This document shows, piece after piece, positions 62,534-64,000 of a stretch of DNA of 64,000 bases. The notes under the pieces were generated by a model that saw only the letters and a list, made by a program, of their open reading frames with translations, did not search any database and was not told the DNA's origin. Position numbers and translations under genes: made by a program. Source of the DNA: Heteronotia binoei (Eukaryota); contig NC_083223.1 in NCBI RefSeq assembly GCF_032191835.1, forward strand, positions 118,730,001-118,794,000, written 5' to 3'. The first letter of the stretch is position 1. Each line of letters starts with the position of its first letter.

Positions 62534-62917
62534 TTAAGCAGTTTTCAGCCAGCTTGAATGGTAATTATCCACACAAATTAGTCCCTGAGGGTTGCAATTT
62601 AGTTTTAACCAATAGGTGGTCATTTGGACCCACATGAGTGCCTCAGGTGGAACCATCCCTATCTCCAGCTTGATGAGAGCATTTGAGAGACACCAAGGAG
62701 CTTCAAATATTGATTGCAAGAACTTTGGTTGTACTACTTCCAGAAACTGAAGATAGTTACAAAGACAAAGCTGGGAGCCATACATGAACTGGACAGTAAC
62801 CTTCCTCTGAAAAACCTTAACTGCTGCAGGGATATAAGAAGCCCCTTCTGTGAACAAAAATCTCACGATGGCAGAGGTCACTCTATGGGCATTCCAGGGC
62901 CATAGCCAGGGTTTCAC
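62534..62917 (-). mobile_element. Decayed non-LTR retrotransposon ORF2 C-terminal remnant
   Basis: LEVVQPKFLQSIF...LIKLEIG...YWLKL resembles the post-RT region of L2/Crack-type LINEs. Clade is uncertain. Confidence 0.45.
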
Positions 62918-63580
62918 GTTTGGTGGGGCTCACAGCAGGATTTGTTTTGGGGGAGGTGGTGGAAGGCCACCCTGTTTGGTAGCCCTGTGCTCTCGGCACT
63001 GTAAGCTGCCTTGAGTTCCACAAGTTAAACCCCTTTCACCTGAGCAGTCACAGCAGCTCTTCTCCCCCCACCCCTTTCTTATATGCCCCTCTCTCAGGCA
63101 GACACTCCCCCCCCCCTTTACTCTGCATGCTGTGTTAGGGAACGGGAGTTAGAGTTATATAGAGTAATTTATTTTAAAAACTACTTGTTCAGAGTGGCAG
63201 TGAGCAAAAGGGACAGATTGGGGGCCTTCCAATGGAGGGGCCATACAGTTGGAGGGGGGGTTGAAAGAATGGGTCTCTCCCCTGTGGCCCAACTGTAGCT
63301 ACAGGCCTGGGGCATTCTCAGTACTACGTACTATACTTTCCACAACCCATTAAACTGGAAGACTGTACCTAAGTATTTAAAAGTTTTTACCTGTTTGATA
63401 TCATGCCTCTCAATCTGCCATCTGTATCAGAAGCAAACCATTTTAAAAGCTGGTAAGATAAAGCCTTTAATTAAGATTCTTGGTTATTTTTTTTTTAAAT
63501 ATCTGAGATTTTATTTATTTTGGAATTTTAACCACTGGAACCACAAGGGAAAAGTGGTTTATAAATATTTTAATAAATAA

Positions 63581-63650
63581 ATCATAGAGTTGGAAGGGAC
63601 CTCAAGGGTCATCTACTCCAACCCCTTGCATGGTACAGGAACTTCACAAA
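63581..63650 (-). mobile_element. CR1 3' end fragment (atcatagagttggaagggacc type)
   Basis: atcatagagttggaagggacctcaagggtcatctactccaacccc is the reverse complement of a common squamate CR1 terminus. Confidence 0.6.
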
Positions 63651-63883
63651 TACCTTTTTCCCATGCACACATCCAGAATATGTTGAAGGGTGTCAACATC
63701 CCCTGGAACTTGACCCCTTTACTGTTCAACATTTACTTGGAAAAGGCCATACATTGATAGCATAAACTCTTATTTCTCTTTTCTAACAGCCAGGTGAGGT
63801 TAGAGGTGATAATTGGATGGTTGAGGGCAAATAAACTGAATCCAGAAAACACTGAAATCCTCCTGACTGCTTATACATTTAAC

Positions 63884-64000
63884 CAGGGGTCATTTTGTAG
63901 AAAAATAGGGGGTGGAGCTCATCCAGGGATTGTTATGCAGCTGCACCTACTATTCAATAGACAAGGAGATAGAACTCTCAGAAGGAGGAGGTGGAACTCC
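63884..64000. mobile_element. hAT MITE, inverted copy of 21303-21449, cut by the window end
   Basis: caggggtcatttt end and shared gagctcatccagggattgttatgcagctgcacctactattcaat. Confidence 0.85.

Noticed and set aside
1-64000. CRISPR arrays, operons, prokaryotic defence or phage systems
   Set aside because: The sequence is vertebrate nuclear DNA. There are no regularly spaced direct repeats and no prokaryotic gene organisation.

Overview
Vertebrate nuclear DNA from a squamate reptile, most likely a gecko (inferred from Squam3-like tRNA SINEs, a 5S-derived SINE, RTE-BovB, squamate-type CR1/L2/L1 and abundant hAT MITEs). The window is dominated by transposable elements, several of them deeply nested. 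No host protein-coding gene could be recognised; a few low-confidence candidate exons lie on the minus strand. Every long ORF is retroelement-derived: CR1 RT, L2 EN-RT, L1 RT/zf-RVT, BovB RT, and a Mag-type Gypsy gag-pol lacking RT. Main observations: (1) two related ~1.25-1.34 kb solo LTRs with 4-bp TSDs, a decayed ORF in U3 and a splice donor in R, a foamy-virus-like architecture; (2) Penelope-like element ends carrying six minimal hammerhead ribozyme motifs, four of them in long inverted hairpins; (3) two nested TE stacks, one with two LTR insertions 7 bp apart; (4) hAT MITEs spreading octamer plus KLF-type motifs; (5) a ~2.5 kb foldback element. There is one assembly gap (60560-60852). All alignments and identities were done by eye; family names are recognition from memory, not database hits.
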